64,000 nt of DNA from Acidimicrobiales bacterium. GTDB lineage: Bacteria > Actinomycetota > Acidimicrobiia > Acidimicrobiales > JBBRKR01. Below the pieces are notes generated by a model. It was not told the DNA's origin and searched no databases. It saw nothing but the letters and a program-made list of their open reading frames with translations. Location of the stretch: assembly GCA_038231795.1 (NCBI GenBank), contig JBBRKR010000007.1, positions 16,491 to 80,490 on the forward strand, in the 5' to 3' direction. Positions 46,225-55,191 of this stretch are shown piece after piece. Position numbers and translations under genes: made by a program. The first letter of the stretch is position 1; each line of letters begins with the position of its first letter.

Positions 46225-47235
46225 ATGGAAGAAATGGTCAACCGCAAAATTGTTTTGGTCAATCGCCCTGACGGGATGCCAAAGTTATCCGACTTCCGGC
46301 TCGAAGAAATCAAGGTAGAAGAACCAGAGGATGGCCATGTGGTTGTGGCTACCGATGTGTTGTCGATTGACGCCTTTATTCGGACCACCTTGGAAACCCG
46401 CGCCTATCACGGCGTGGTCCCCATCGGCGCACCAATCGTGGCCCTCGGCGTTGGTCACGTACTCCACAGTACGGTGCCCGAATTTCAACCAGGCGATGAA
46501 GTGTTTGGACCTCTATGCGCGCAGACAGTGGCCACGCTTCCATCCGTTGCGCTACGCAAGCTCGACACGTCGAAATTCCCAGCCACTGCATACCTCGGAG
46601 CGCTCGGCATGACCACCGGACTCACCGCATACTTCGGCATCACCGAAGTAGGGGCAGTGAAGCCGGGCGACACTGTCGTGGTTTCGGGAGCCGCAGGCGC
46701 CGTTGGATCGTTGGCCGGGCAGATCGCCCGCATTTCCGGTGCCACAAATTTGATCGGCGTCGCCGGCGGGCCTGAGAAAGTTGCCTTCCTTGTGAATGAA
46801 CTCGGCTTCACCGCGGCGATTGACTACAAAAATGAAAATGTCGAAGCTCGCTTGGCGGAGCTTGCGCCAGACGGTATCGACGTATTTTTTGACAACGTCG
46901 GCGGCTCAACGCTCGACGCCGTGCTCATGCACATCAAAGAGTTTTCGCGAGTGGTCATTTGTGGCGGCATCTCTCACTACGAAGACATGGACAATGTGGT
47001 TGGACCCAAAAATTATCTGAAACTTGCCGAACGGCACGCTCGCATGGAGGGCTTTGCCGTCACCCATTTCGGCGCCCGCTTTCCTGAAGCAGAAGCGGCG
47101 CTCACCGGTTGGCTCCAAGACGGGCAGTTGATCGTGCACGAACAGTACGAGCATGGAATTGAACGATTTCCCGAAGCGCTCCTCACGCTGCTTACCGGGG
47201 GCAATCGCGGCAAAATGCTTCTCGATATGCGATAA
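46225..47235 (+). CDS. NADP-dependent alkenal/enone reductase (zinc-free MDR, PTGR1/YncB-like)
   Basis: VVVSGAAGAVGSLAGQIA nucleotide motif and a GKMLLDM ending. Confidence 0.75.
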   Translation: MEEMVNRKIVLVNRPDGMPKLSDFRLEEIKVEEPEDGHVVVATDVLSIDAFIRTTLETRAYHGVVPIGAPIVALGVGHVLHSTVPEFQPGDEVFGPLCAQTVATLPSVALRKLDTSKFPATAYLGALGMTTGLTAYFGITEVGAVKPGDTVVVSGAAGAVGSLAGQIARISGATNLIGVAGGPEKVAFLVNELGFTAAIDYKNENVEARLAELAPDGIDVFFDNVGGSTLDAVLMHIKEFSRVVICGGISHYEDMDNVVGPKNYLKLAERHARMEGFAVTHFGARFPEAEAALTGWLQDGQLIVHEQYEHGIERFPEALLTLLTGGNRGKMLLDMR

Positions 47236-47240
47236 CGAAA

Positions 47241-48044
47241 ATGAACAACGCTCCATCATTCAACACTGCATATCCAGCACCCCAAGAGTTGTTTTCCTTA
47301 GCCGGAGAAGTGGCCGTCATCACTGGTGGAGGCAGGGGCATTGGTGAGGGAATCGCTCGATCTCTGGCCAGCGCCGGCGCCAAAATCGTGGTCGCAGCCC
47401 GCCGGACCGATGAGATCGAAGCAGTGGCCGACCAAATTCGTGCTGATGGCGGCGACGCAATCGCCGTGACTACCGATGTTACGAACGATGAAGCCGTCGA
47501 CGCACTGGCGCGCCAGGCCATGGAACGTTTCGGGTCGTTGTCGATTTGGGTCAACAATGCCGGCGGGTCTCCCGCACGCATGCCCATGACTCAGCTCAGC
47601 CGGCAGGCATGGGATGACTGCATTGCCCTCAACCAGACCGCAGTGTGGATCGGCATTGTGACTGCGGCGCGCTACATGACCAAGGGTTCGATCATCAACA
47701 TTTCATCAGGCGCTGCCTACGGTCCAGTACCGGGCAGTGGCCACTACGGGGCATGCAAAGCAGGCGTGAATTCGTTGACGCAAACTGCTGCTGCCGAACT
47801 AGCGCCCAACATTCGGGTCAACGGCATTGCACCCGGCGCGGTGCCTACCGAGATTTTCAGAAAAGCCCTCGGCATCGAAACAGACGAAGACCTCGTCGCC
47901 ATCGAAGCCCAATGGAATATCGCTATGGGCCGCATGGGCACTCCGCTCGACATGGGTGCATGCGCTGTGTTTCTGTGTTCACAGGGATCTAGCTGGATTA
48001 CCGGCGAGACGTTTCGGGTAGGCGGCGGTGCCAAGCCCAAATAG
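47241..48044 (+). CDS. SDR-family oxidoreductase (paralog of 45464-46222)
   Basis: VITGGGRGIGEGIA, NNAG, S...YGACKAG. Long stretches are collinear with the other SDR. Confidence 0.85.
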   Translation: MNNAPSFNTAYPAPQELFSLAGEVAVITGGGRGIGEGIARSLASAGAKIVVAARRTDEIEAVADQIRADGGDAIAVTTDVTNDEAVDALARQAMERFGSLSIWVNNAGGSPARMPMTQLSRQAWDDCIALNQTAVWIGIVTAARYMTKGSIINISSGAAYGPVPGSGHYGACKAGVNSLTQTAAAELAPNIRVNGIAPGAVPTEIFRKALGIETDEDLVAIEAQWNIAMGRMGTPLDMGACAVFLCSQGSSWITGETFRVGGGAKPK

Positions 48045-48072
48045 CATCCTCCATCGCGCCATACTGTTGGAG

Positions 48073-48765
48073 ATGAAATCTGCTGGCTCCCCACAGGGCA
48101 CTCAACAGGGCACCAAGCGCAACGTGCCGCGCCCTGTTGCGCGCAAGCTCGGGCGGCCGCCGCAGGTGAAGGCGCAGGACACACGCCGTCGCATTTTGGA
48201 TATAGCGCGCGGGGTGTACGCCGAACAAGGTTTCGAAGCGGCTACGAACAAGAAAATTGCTGACCTCGCCCACATGACCACTGCCGCGTTGTACTACCAC
48301 TTTCCGTCTAAGCGCGACCTCTACCAAGCGGTTCACGCCGATGCGCTGGCCCAGGTGCACGGACGGTTCATTGAGGTCATCGATAGGCAAAGCAATTTCG
48401 CGGCGCAGCTCACATCGGTCCTCACCGCCAGTCACGAACTCAATGCCTCTGACCCCACGCTTGCCCGATTTCTGTCGTCGGCCAACGTCGATATGAAACG
48501 CAAGCCGGAACTCACCGACATTTTGAATCAGACAATTGCCAACCGGCAACGATTCTTTGACCACATGGTCGAAGTCGGCGTACGCACCGGCGAAATTTTA
48601 CCGCACAATCGCGAAATCGTGAGCGTGTTCATCATTGCCATGGTCACGGGAATGACAGACGCCCTGAGCGACGATCAGACGGTGCATGCCCACGCCATCG
48701 AGGCCGTCAAATGCATTATTTCCGGAAATTTGATTCGTCCACCGACGTGCGATGCAGGTAATTAA
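48073..48765 (+). CDS. TetR-family transcriptional regulator
   Basis: RRRILDIARGVYAEQGFEAATNKKIADLAHMTTAALYYHFPSKRDLY. The start is uncertain: ATG 48073, or GTG 48028 overlapping the SDR. Confidence 0.8.
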   Translation: MKSAGSPQGTQQGTKRNVPRPVARKLGRPPQVKAQDTRRRILDIARGVYAEQGFEAATNKKIADLAHMTTAALYYHFPSKRDLYQAVHADALAQVHGRFIEVIDRQSNFAAQLTSVLTASHELNASDPTLARFLSSANVDMKRKPELTDILNQTIANRQRFFDHMVEVGVRTGEILPHNREIVSVFIIAMVTGMTDALSDDQTVHAHAIEAVKCIISGNLIRPPTCDAGN

Positions 48766-48802
48766 CCCTTCGATAAGTTAACGTTCGTTTTCATGAGGAA
48801 TC

Positions 48803-50194
48803 ATGAGCACTAGCGGTTCAAACGGCACGACAAATAGCACGGCCAGCGGCACGGCAAATGGCACGGCCAGATCTCCAGGGCTGACGTACCAACAGTTGCT
48901 CGATACCGATACGCATGACGTTCCCGTAGTCCTGCGCCTCCAGTCTCCCCGCTACCTGGGTAGCGCAGATGTGTCGATCGACCGCTACATCTCTCGCCAG
49001 TGGCACGAGCGCGAGGTCGCCAAATTGTGGAGCAGGGTGTGGCAATTTGTGTGCCGCGAAGAGGAGCTCCCCGAGGTCGGTGATTACCAGATCTACACAA
49101 TCGTGCGGTCGTCGTACATCGTCGTCCGAACCGACGAAAACACCATTCGGGCATACCCCAATGCGTGCCTGCACCGCGGCCGCCAGCTCAAAGATTTCGA
49201 CGGCCGGTGCTCGGAAATTCGGTGCGCATTCCACGGCTTTGCCTGGAAGCTAGACGGCTCCTTGAAGGACATCCCCGCCCAATGGGATTTTGATCACGTG
49301 GACCCCGAACACTTCTCGCTACCCGATTGTAAGGTCGGGGTGTGGGCCGGATTCGTGTTCATCAATCCCGATCCCGCCGCCGAACCGCTCGAATATTTTC
49401 TCGGTGAACTCGTCGACCAGTTTGCGGTGTGGGACCTCGGCAACCGCTACAAACAAGCGCACATCGCCAAGGTCGTTCCCGCCAATTGGAAGATCGCCCA
49501 AGAAGCATTTTGCGAGGCGTATCACGTCAACGCCACCCACCCCCAAGTGATGCCATACCTTGGCGATACCAACAGCCAAGTAGACGTGTGGGAGAACTTT
49601 TCCAGGGTTATTACACCGGCCGGGATTTCGAGCCCGTTGCTCGATTGGTCGCCAACTCAGGACCAAATGATGCAGGCCATGATGGACGTCCGCCATGACC
49701 AAGTTTCGCCCCTCACGATCAAGGAAAGTCAGTCAATGCGGGCCATGGCGGCAGCCGGCACCCGTGAACGTTGGCGTGCAGATGCGGGCGACCACGTCGA
49801 CAAGTTGTCCGACGCCGAGCTAATGGACAGCATCGATTACACGGTGTTTCCCAACTTCCATCCCTGGGCCGCCTACAACCGAATTGTGTACCGCTTTCGC
49901 CCCAACGGTGACGACCACCGCAGCGCGATTATGGAAGTCCTTTTCCTGTCGCCGTTCACCGGTGAACGGCCCCCGCCGGCGCCAATTCATTGGCTCGGCG
50001 AGCACGAAACTTTTAGCGACGCTCCTGAACTCGGCATGCTGGCCAAGGTATTCAACCAAGACCTCTTCAACATGCCCAAGGTGCAGGCAGGTTTGGAATC
50101 AACTCGAAAGCCCGGAATTACCCTCGGCAATTATCAAGAGTCCAAAGTGCGTTGGCTCAACAACAAACTCGAAGAATTTATGGAGCGCCCATAA
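48803..50194 (+). CDS. Rieske [2Fe-2S] non-heme iron oxygenase, alpha-subunit type
   Basis: CLHRG...CAFHGFAW Rieske ligands and the EAYHVNATHP mononuclear iron motif. N-terminal low-complexity extension. Confidence 0.85.
   Translation: MSTSGSNGTTNSTASGTANGTARSPGLTYQQLLDTDTHDVPVVLRLQSPRYLGSADVSIDRYISRQWHEREVAKLWSRVWQFVCREEELPEVGDYQIYTIVRSSYIVVRTDENTIRAYPNACLHRGRQLKDFDGRCSEIRCAFHGFAWKLDGSLKDIPAQWDFDHVDPEHFSLPDCKVGVWAGFVFINPDPAAEPLEYFLGELVDQFAVWDLGNRYKQAHIAKVVPANWKIAQEAFCEAYHVNATHPQVMPYLGDTNSQVDVWENFSRVITPAGISSPLLDWSPTQDQMMQAMMDVRHDQVSPLTIKESQSMRAMAAAGTRERWRADAGDHVDKLSDAELMDSIDYTVFPNFHPWAAYNRIVYRFRPNGDDHRSAIMEVLFLSPFTGERPPPAPIHWLGEHETFSDAPELGMLAKVFNQDLFNMPKVQAGLESTRKPGITLGNYQESKVRWLNNKLEEFMERP
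48824..48871 (+). repeat. Tandem 2 x 24-nt repeat inside the Rieske N-terminal extension
   Basis: GGCACGACAAATAGCACGGCCAGC / GGCACGGCAAATGGCACGGCCAGA (21 of 24 identical). It encodes GTTNSTAS / GTANGTAR. Confidence 0.8.
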
Positions 50195-50406
50195 TGCTCG
50201 GCATTCGTCACCCCTTCACTCAAGCGCTGTACGAACAAGACGGCAACGGACGCGTATTGGTCACCGACGGCGACAGGACAGGTACATTCACCGGCCAAGG
50301 CCAGTGGATTTCCGGCGAATTACGCGAGTGCGATCCTCACCTGTGCGGTTGGGTGAGCGGACCGTCGTATGCCAATTTTCGTATGGTCAAATCAGAGCCG
50401 AACTGA
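50194..50406 (+). CDS. Small hypothetical protein (70 aa), translationally coupled to the Rieske oxygenase
   Basis: The ATG shares 1 nt with the Rieske stop (TAATG). MLGIRHPFTQALYEQDGNGRVLVTDGDRTGTFTGQGQWISGELRECDPHLCGWV... I recognise no family. Confidence 0.5.
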   Translation: MLGIRHPFTQALYEQDGNGRVLVTDGDRTGTFTGQGQWISGELRECDPHLCGWVSGPSYANFRMVKSEPN

Positions 50407-50413
50407 TTGCTTT

Positions 50414-51706
50414 TTAGCGGTCAACTTGGGCCGCTGCTGGCGTGAATTCAATATTCAGACTCGTCAATCCACGAAGCATGAAGCTGGGGAAGTAAGCGAA
50501 ATCGTTGTTGTCGGAAAGCGTGAACGACTCGATTCGACGCGACAGCTCCTGCAACGCCACCTGACCCTCGAGCCGAGACAAACCAGCACCGAGGCAAAAA
50601 TGAATACCTTTGCCAAACGCCAAATGTTGCTTCAGATTGTCGCGATCAGGAACAAACGCATCGGGGTCCTCGTAGAGAACCTCATCGCGATTAGCCGACA
50701 TAAACACGATCACAATGCGCGTGCCTTTGGCGAGGGCAACACCACCCAGTTCGCAGTCACGGGTCACGATACGAAACATGCCTTGCGTCGGGGTTCCCAG
50801 CCGCAGAGTCTCTTCTACAACGCGATCAACGCGGCTCGGATCAGCTTTGAGCAACGCCCACTCGTGCGGATTGTCGGCCAATAGCCGCATCATCTCGGTG
50901 AGCATTTTCGTGGTCGTTTCGTTGCCGGCCACGAGCAGTTGTTGCACGATGCTGAGCATCTCAGGCATATCGAGTGGGCGGTTGTCGGTGACGTCGGGAT
51001 CGTCATCATCGACGCGAGCGTTGAGCAATTTAGTAAGGAGATCGTCGCGCGGATCTGTTCGGCGCAGCTCGATTTGTTCTGCGAAGTAGCGCTGGTACTC
51101 GTTGATGCCCCGCTCGGATGCCACCCGTTGATCGATCGTAATGTTGGTGCCGATACCGGCGATTGAATCGTCGGACCACCGCTTGAAATCAGCCAAACGA
51201 TCCTCTGGCACGTTGAGCGCGTGAGCGATAACGCGCACCGGCAACGGCACAGCAAAATCACGCACAAACTCGATCGACCCCTTGTCGATCCACGAATCGA
51301 TGAGCATGTTCGTGGTCTCCCGAATCACGGGCTCCATAGCCAAAATCGCCGCCGGGTGAAACGCCTTAGCCACCAGTTTTCGATACCGAGTGTGCTCTGG
51401 CTGGTCGGCGGTCAGCATGGTCGCCACCCGGGGCATCCCCTCAGCAACAACCTCTGACAACCGCCGGCGATCCTCTGCCGGCACAGGCATGCCGGCTCCG
51501 CCAAACAACGAGGAGTATGTCTGTGGGTCGCGCAAAACCTCCATCACCAAATCGTGTTTTGTGACGAGATGGAATCCCATCTTTTCCACAAGCATCACAG
51601 GTGATTCATCGCGCATTTGGGCGTAATGCGGATATGGGCACTGCAGGGTTGTTGGATCAAAAGGGTTGAAGGTGGTGAGATCGATGCTCATTACTTGATT
51701 CTCCAT
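50414..51706 (-). CDS. Cytochrome P450
   Basis: 430 aa. FGKGIHFCLGAGLS heme loop and EETLRL. Confidence 0.85.
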   Translation of the reverse strand: MENQVMSIDLTTFNPFDPTTLQCPYPHYAQMRDESPVMLVEKMGFHLVTKHDLVMEVLRDPQTYSSLFGGAGMPVPAEDRRRLSEVVAEGMPRVATMLTADQPEHTRYRKLVAKAFHPAAILAMEPVIRETTNMLIDSWIDKGSIEFVRDFAVPLPVRVIAHALNVPEDRLADFKRWSDDSIAGIGTNITIDQRVASERGINEYQRYFAEQIELRRTDPRDDLLTKLLNARVDDDDPDVTDNRPLDMPEMLSIVQQLLVAGNETTTKMLTEMMRLLADNPHEWALLKADPSRVDRVVEETLRLGTPTQGMFRIVTRDCELGGVALAKGTRIVIVFMSANRDEVLYEDPDAFVPDRDNLKQHLAFGKGIHFCLGAGLSRLEGQVALQELSRRIESFTLSDNNDFAYFPSFMLRGLTSLNIEFTPAAAQVDR

Positions 51707-51743
51707 ATCGACATAAGGGGACGACAGTTCAGCACGGCATAGG

Positions 51744-52817
51744 TCACAGATCCGACAACACAGCTTTTAGCATGGGCAGGTCCATGGCGCGAGCCATGAT
51801 TTCGTCCATACCGCCAACGACGCCGGTCACGTTGGCGAGCACCACATGCTCAAGTCCGTTGCGTGCGTACGCTTCGAATTGCCCAGCGAGTTCTTCGGCG
51901 TTGCCAATAAACAACACCTGCTGCACCATTTCAAACGGGATAGTGGGCGCCAAATCACGAAGGTCGTCGGGGTTCAAATCGTGGATGATCACATCAATGA
52001 AACCCTTGGAATCATTGCCTAGTGGATGCTTCAATCCGTTGGCTTCCCACATTGAACCCATGGCAAAGAGGCCAAACAATTTGCCGAGCGGTTCGCGCTC
52101 GAACATTTCTGCGGCCCGCTCCACGCTCTCGGCAAAGATGATGAATGGAAGTAGCGACGCCTCTGGAGTCGGACGCCCAGCTGCCGATGCGTGCCCGGCG
52201 ATCGCGCCCAAATTTTTGCCGTACTCTTCTGGCGACATCCACCATGCTGGGATCCAGCCGTCGCCGTATTGACCGGTGAGCCGCAACATGCGGGGGCCAT
52301 GGCCAGCAACCCATACTGCTGGCTTACCGCGTCCCTCAGCTTCCAGTGGCAATCCCATGCGCCCCACGCCGGTTGGCATTTTCCCGGTATCGAGCAAACT
52401 GCGAAGTTCTTCGAGCACGCCTACGGGCTTGTCGAACGGGTACCCAAAAGGCAGCAGGCTTTCCGCTTCGCCAGATCCAATGCCCAAGATGAACCCGCCA
52501 GGGTTGAGATCATTAAGGGTGAGCGAAGCGCGGGCCAGATCGGCAGCGCCGCGCCGGGTGGCGTCGGTGACGCAAATGCCGTATGGCTTTGGTGTCATCG
52601 TCCCAACTCGGGCACCGTAGATAAACGGGTCGTAAAAAGCATCGGGATCAGCGGCCAGAGCGGAGAGCGGAGTGTCGGCCCACAACCCAGGGTGGAACAC
52701 ACCCAGGAGATGATCGGGAGCCCAGTACGAATCGAATCCAGCGGCTTCGTACATCGGCAATAGTTGCTCAGTGCTGCCGAAGGGGAACTGGGCGGGGAGG
52801 TTGACTCCGACCTTCAT
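51744..52817 (-). CDS. Luciferase-like monooxygenase (LLM) class, probably an F420-dependent oxidoreductase
   Basis: ATG 52817 with AAAGGAA upstream (MKVGVNLP...). TIM-barrel LLM pattern. Confidence 0.7.
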   Translation of the reverse strand: MKVGVNLPAQFPFGSTEQLLPMYEAAGFDSYWAPDHLLGVFHPGLWADTPLSALAADPDAFYDPFIYGARVGTMTPKPYGICVTDATRRGAADLARASLTLNDLNPGGFILGIGSGEAESLLPFGYPFDKPVGVLEELRSLLDTGKMPTGVGRMGLPLEAEGRGKPAVWVAGHGPRMLRLTGQYGDGWIPAWWMSPEEYGKNLGAIAGHASAAGRPTPEASLLPFIIFAESVERAAEMFEREPLGKLFGLFAMGSMWEANGLKHPLGNDSKGFIDVIIHDLNPDDLRDLAPTIPFEMVQQVLFIGNAEELAGQFEAYARNGLEHVVLANVTGVVGGMDEIMARAMDLPMLKAVLSDL

Positions 52818-52848
52818 AGGGTGTTCCTTTTCTTTATGGGATTGTGGC

Positions 52849-52868
52849 GGTACCACGAGGTGGGTACC
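52849..52868. promoter_or_regulatory. Second copy of the GGTACCACG..GTGGGTACC element
   Basis: GGTACCACGAGGTGGGTACC lies 32 nt upstream of the LLM ATG. A third GGGTAC lies at 52884-52889. Confidence 0.35.
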
Positions 52869-52947
52869 CCCCAAACAACACATGGGTACTGCCTCGCCGC
52901 AAACTAACCGATAGATTAGTTTCCGTTCACAAACCGCTCAGTGTCGA

Positions 52948-52961
52948 GCTCGAATTCGAGC
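52948..52961. promoter_or_regulatory. Perfect 14-bp palindrome upstream of the molybdoenzyme gene
   Basis: GCTCGAATTCGAGC lies 38 nt before ATG 52999. AAACTAA-N8-TTAGTTT lies at 52901-52922. Confidence 0.4.
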
Positions 52962-52998
52962 CAAACACCGGACTCGCGACCACAAGGGGCACACCGAT

Positions 52999-55191
52999 AT
53001 GACCTCCACAGAAGCCATCGTCGAGCAAAAAACGTCGGCTGAAACAATGGACACGCGAACCACATTTTGCCGAGTGTGCCACGCCAGTTGCCCCATCGCT
53101 GTGGACGTCGTCGACAACAAGGCAATCGCTATTCGCGGTGTGCCAAGCGACCCGCTATTCGGCGGATACACATGCATCAAAGGTCGCCAGCTACCCGATC
53201 AAATGAGTAGCCCCGGACGTTTGCATGCGCCGCTCGTACGTCAATCTGATGGCACGTTCGAAATCACCAGCAGCGAGGTGGCGCTCGATGAGATTGCCGC
53301 CAAGCTCCGCCACATCATCGATACGTACGGGCCTCGCGCTGTGGCCTCCTACACAGGCACCGGCGGTTACCAAAATTCAGTTGCGGTGCCTGCCGCTCGG
53401 GCGTTTCAACAGGGCATTGGTTCTCCAATGTTTTACACCTCGGTGACTATTGATCAACCCGCCAAAGGAACTGCTCCGTTCCGTACCGGCATCTGGGAAG
53501 CCGGCTATCACGGGTTCACTACGGCAGAGGTGTTGTTGGCCATTGGCTACAACCCAATGGTGTCAAGTTACGGTCCTGTAGGCGGGTTGCAAGGCACGAA
53601 TCCGTTCGTTGTTTTGCGAGAAGCCAAAGAGCGTGGCATGAAGCTCATCGTGGTGGATCCCCGCCGTACGGAGCTGGCATCACAGGCCGACATTTACCTC
53701 GCCATCCGCCCCGGCGAAGACGCCACCCTTCTGGCCGGCATCATCAATATTGTGCTCAGCGAAGGGCTCCACGATCATGAGTTTTGTCAGGACTGGGTCG
53801 GCGATCTCGAACTGTTGGCCGACGCCGTCAAGGGCTTCGATGTAGATCACGTGGCGAAGCGGTGTGACGTACCCGCCGCCGACATTGCGGCTGCCGCTCA
53901 CATGTTCGCTGAGGCGAAGCGCGGATCCGCTGGCACCGGAACGGGCCCCAACATGGGTTTGCGGCCCAGCCTCACAGAGCATTTGTCGATCGTGCTGAAC
54001 ACGATTTGTGGCCGCGTCAATCGTGCTGGCGACCAACTCGATAGTGGTCTGTTCCTTTATCCCCAAATGCCACTGCGCGCCCAAGTCCACGCCGCCCGTC
54101 CGCCGGCCACTGGTGCCCCATCGCGTATTCGCGACCTGCGCGGCTGTCGCGGGGAGATGCCCACCGCCACGTTGGCAGAAGAAATTCTGGAGCCTGGCGA
54201 AGGCAGAGTACGTGCCCTCATCGTCAACGGGGGCAACCCCGTGGTGGCGTGGCCCGATCAAGAATTGACCATGAAGGCCATGGCCGATCTGGAGCTCCTC
54301 GTCGTAATCGATCACCGTATGACGGCCACTGCAGAATTCGCTGACTACGTGATTGCCCCCACGCTGTCACTCGAACGAGCCGACGTGCCGCACATCATGG
54401 ACCGCTGGTTCAATGGTCCATACACCAACTACACCGATGCCATTCTGGAACGCGACGGCGATGTGCTTAACGAGTGGGAAGTGTTCTGGGAACTCGCAAA
54501 ACGCCTCGGGACCGCTCTCCCCCTCCCTGGTGGCGACGCCCCAATGGACGCCCATCCAACCGACGACGACATCATCGATCTTGCCTACGCGAACTCGCGC
54601 ATGCCAATGAACGAGGTGCGTGAGCAACGCATGCAGGTGCATCCCGAACTGGTTTTGGTTGTTCAACCCGCCGACCCGGCGTGCACAGCCCGTTTCACCT
54701 TGGCGCCCGCCGATCTCATGAGCGAGCTCCAAGAGGTGCTCCACGAAGTCGACGGCCTAGCCGTATTTGGTGTGACCTCGGAGCAGTATCCATTTCGGCT
54801 GGTAAGCCGTCGGCTCAAGCAAGTACTCAATTCCTACGGATCCGAGCTTCCCGAGCTCGCTAAAAAGGGCACCACCAATTCCGCCTATATGAACCCCGAA
54901 GACATGGCGTCGTTGGGACTTTCAAGCGGCGATCTGATCGACATCAGTTCTCCGCGATCGTCGCTCGTGGGCGTAGTGGAATCTGCTCCCGACGTTCGTA
55001 CCGGTGTCATTTCGATGGCTCACTCCTGGGGTGGTTCTACACTCACCGACGAGAAAGTTCGCGACATTGGCTCGCCCACAAATCGCTTGGTGTCAGCCAA
55101 TGTGGCCTTCGATCCCATGACGGGCATGGTCGTGCAAAGCTCGATTCCCGTTCGCGTCGCAGCGTGCACCTCAGTAGGGTCGGCAAAGTGA
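52999..55191 (+). CDS. Cytoplasmic molybdopterin (bis-MGD) oxidoreductase, DMSO-reductase superfamily
   Basis: 730 aa. N-terminal Fe-S motif CRVCHASC...C(IKG). Contains molybdopterin and C-terminal dinucleotide-binding domains. No Tat signal. Confidence 0.75.
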   Translation: MTSTEAIVEQKTSAETMDTRTTFCRVCHASCPIAVDVVDNKAIAIRGVPSDPLFGGYTCIKGRQLPDQMSSPGRLHAPLVRQSDGTFEITSSEVALDEIAAKLRHIIDTYGPRAVASYTGTGGYQNSVAVPAARAFQQGIGSPMFYTSVTIDQPAKGTAPFRTGIWEAGYHGFTTAEVLLAIGYNPMVSSYGPVGGLQGTNPFVVLREAKERGMKLIVVDPRRTELASQADIYLAIRPGEDATLLAGIINIVLSEGLHDHEFCQDWVGDLELLADAVKGFDVDHVAKRCDVPAADIAAAAHMFAEAKRGSAGTGTGPNMGLRPSLTEHLSIVLNTICGRVNRAGDQLDSGLFLYPQMPLRAQVHAARPPATGAPSRIRDLRGCRGEMPTATLAEEILEPGEGRVRALIVNGGNPVVAWPDQELTMKAMADLELLVVIDHRMTATAEFADYVIAPTLSLERADVPHIMDRWFNGPYTNYTDAILERDGDVLNEWEVFWELAKRLGTALPLPGGDAPMDAHPTDDDIIDLAYANSRMPMNEVREQRMQVHPELVLVVQPADPACTARFTLAPADLMSELQEVLHEVDGLAVFGVTSEQYPFRLVSRRLKQVLNSYGSELPELAKKGTTNSAYMNPEDMASLGLSSGDLIDISSPRSSLVGVVESAPDVRTGVISMAHSWGGSTLTDEKVRDIGSPTNRLVSANVAFDPMTGMVVQSSIPVRVAACTSVGSAK

